From Deltaproteobacteria bacterium (GTDB lineage: Bacteria > Myxococcota_A > UBA9160 > SMWR01): 64,000 bases of DNA. Under the pieces are notes generated by a model that was given only the letters and a program-made list of their open reading frames with translations, searched no databases and was not told the origin of the DNA. The position numbers were made by a program, and so were the translations under genes. Positions 63,840-64,000 of the stretch are shown piece by piece. The stretch lies in NCBI GenBank assembly GCA_019310425.1, contig JAFDEI010000003.1:9221-73220 (forward strand), in the 5' to 3' direction. The number at the start of each line of letters is the position of its first letter. Within the stretch, counting starts at the first letter, position 1.

Positions 63840-64000
63840 GTGGTGGACCAGAACGACGAGCAAGTACTGCCCAACCCGGAACCCAGCGGTCCGAGCGAAG
63901 CCGAGGAGCGGTTCCGGGCGCTCACGGAGTACTCGACCGACCCGATCAGCGAGATCGCACAGGACCGTTCGCTGGTCTATGTGAGCCCGGGCTTTACGAA
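63840..64000 (+). CDS. N-terminal fragment of a probable PAS-domain sensor protein (runs off the window)
   Basis: The open frame reads VVDQNDEQVLPNPEPSGPSEAEERFRALTEYSTDPISEIAQDRSLVYVSPGFT. The ERFRAL...YVSP pattern is typical of a PAS N-cap. The frame is also open upstream, so the start is uncertain. Confidence 0.35.
   Translation, partial: MVDQNDEQVLPNPEPSGPSEAEERFRALTEYSTDPISEIAQDRSLVYVSPGFT

Noticed and set aside
1-64000. Window-wide look for CRISPR arrays, long direct or inverted repeats, IS elements or transposases, integrases, phage genes, toxin-antitoxin pairs, and rRNA, tRNA or riboswitch-like leaders (including a Moco riboswitch upstream of 18054).
   Set aside because: I found nothing convincing by eye. 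This is not a computational repeat or covariance-model search, so short or diverged elements could have been missed.

Overview
This is a GC-rich bacterial chromosomal window. I found no rRNA, tRNA, transposase, integrase, phage or CRISPR signatures by eye. I can support about 50 protein-coding genes. I picked them from the six-frame track using family motifs I recognise, RBS and start-codon context, and stop/start coupling. The many long Arg/Ala/Pro/Gly-rich antisense ORFs are treated as high-GC artefacts.

Three themes stand out:
- Acyl-CoA and lipid metabolism: two tandem acyl-CoA dehydrogenases, three acyl-CoA synthetases, two family III CoA-transferases, SDRs, a P450, a nitronate monooxygenase, a desaturase and PlsB.
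- Envelope and exoprotein functions: two PEP-CTERM cargo proteins plus a third with a similar tail, a CotH kinase-like exoprotein, a sulfatase-like lipoprotein, and a polyprenol-sugar type glycosylation cluster.
- Transporters and redox proteins.

The items most worth a second look are:
1. A TetR-headed, translationally coupled 7-gene minus-strand operon (9399-17936). It combines an unknown membrane-anchored protein, a sulfotransferase, a CruF-like membrane protein, and ADH, ALDH and SDR enzymes.
2. A PEP-CTERM protein whose stop overlaps the start of a secreted LTD-CotH kinase-like protein.
3. A GT-C / GT2 / GtrA / GT-C glycosylation cluster in which the GT2 has lost its DXD region through an internal frame-breaking deletion.
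4. A nearby 2TM K+ channel that has a similar internal lesion and a TVGYA filter.
5. A duplicated 24-nt box on both sides of a marR gene.
6. A Tat-dependent molybdopterin oxidoreductase with no partner subunits nearby.

I did not recognise any defence or mobile system. All functional calls come from reading motifs by eye. No database search or computation was run, and start codons are often uncertain.
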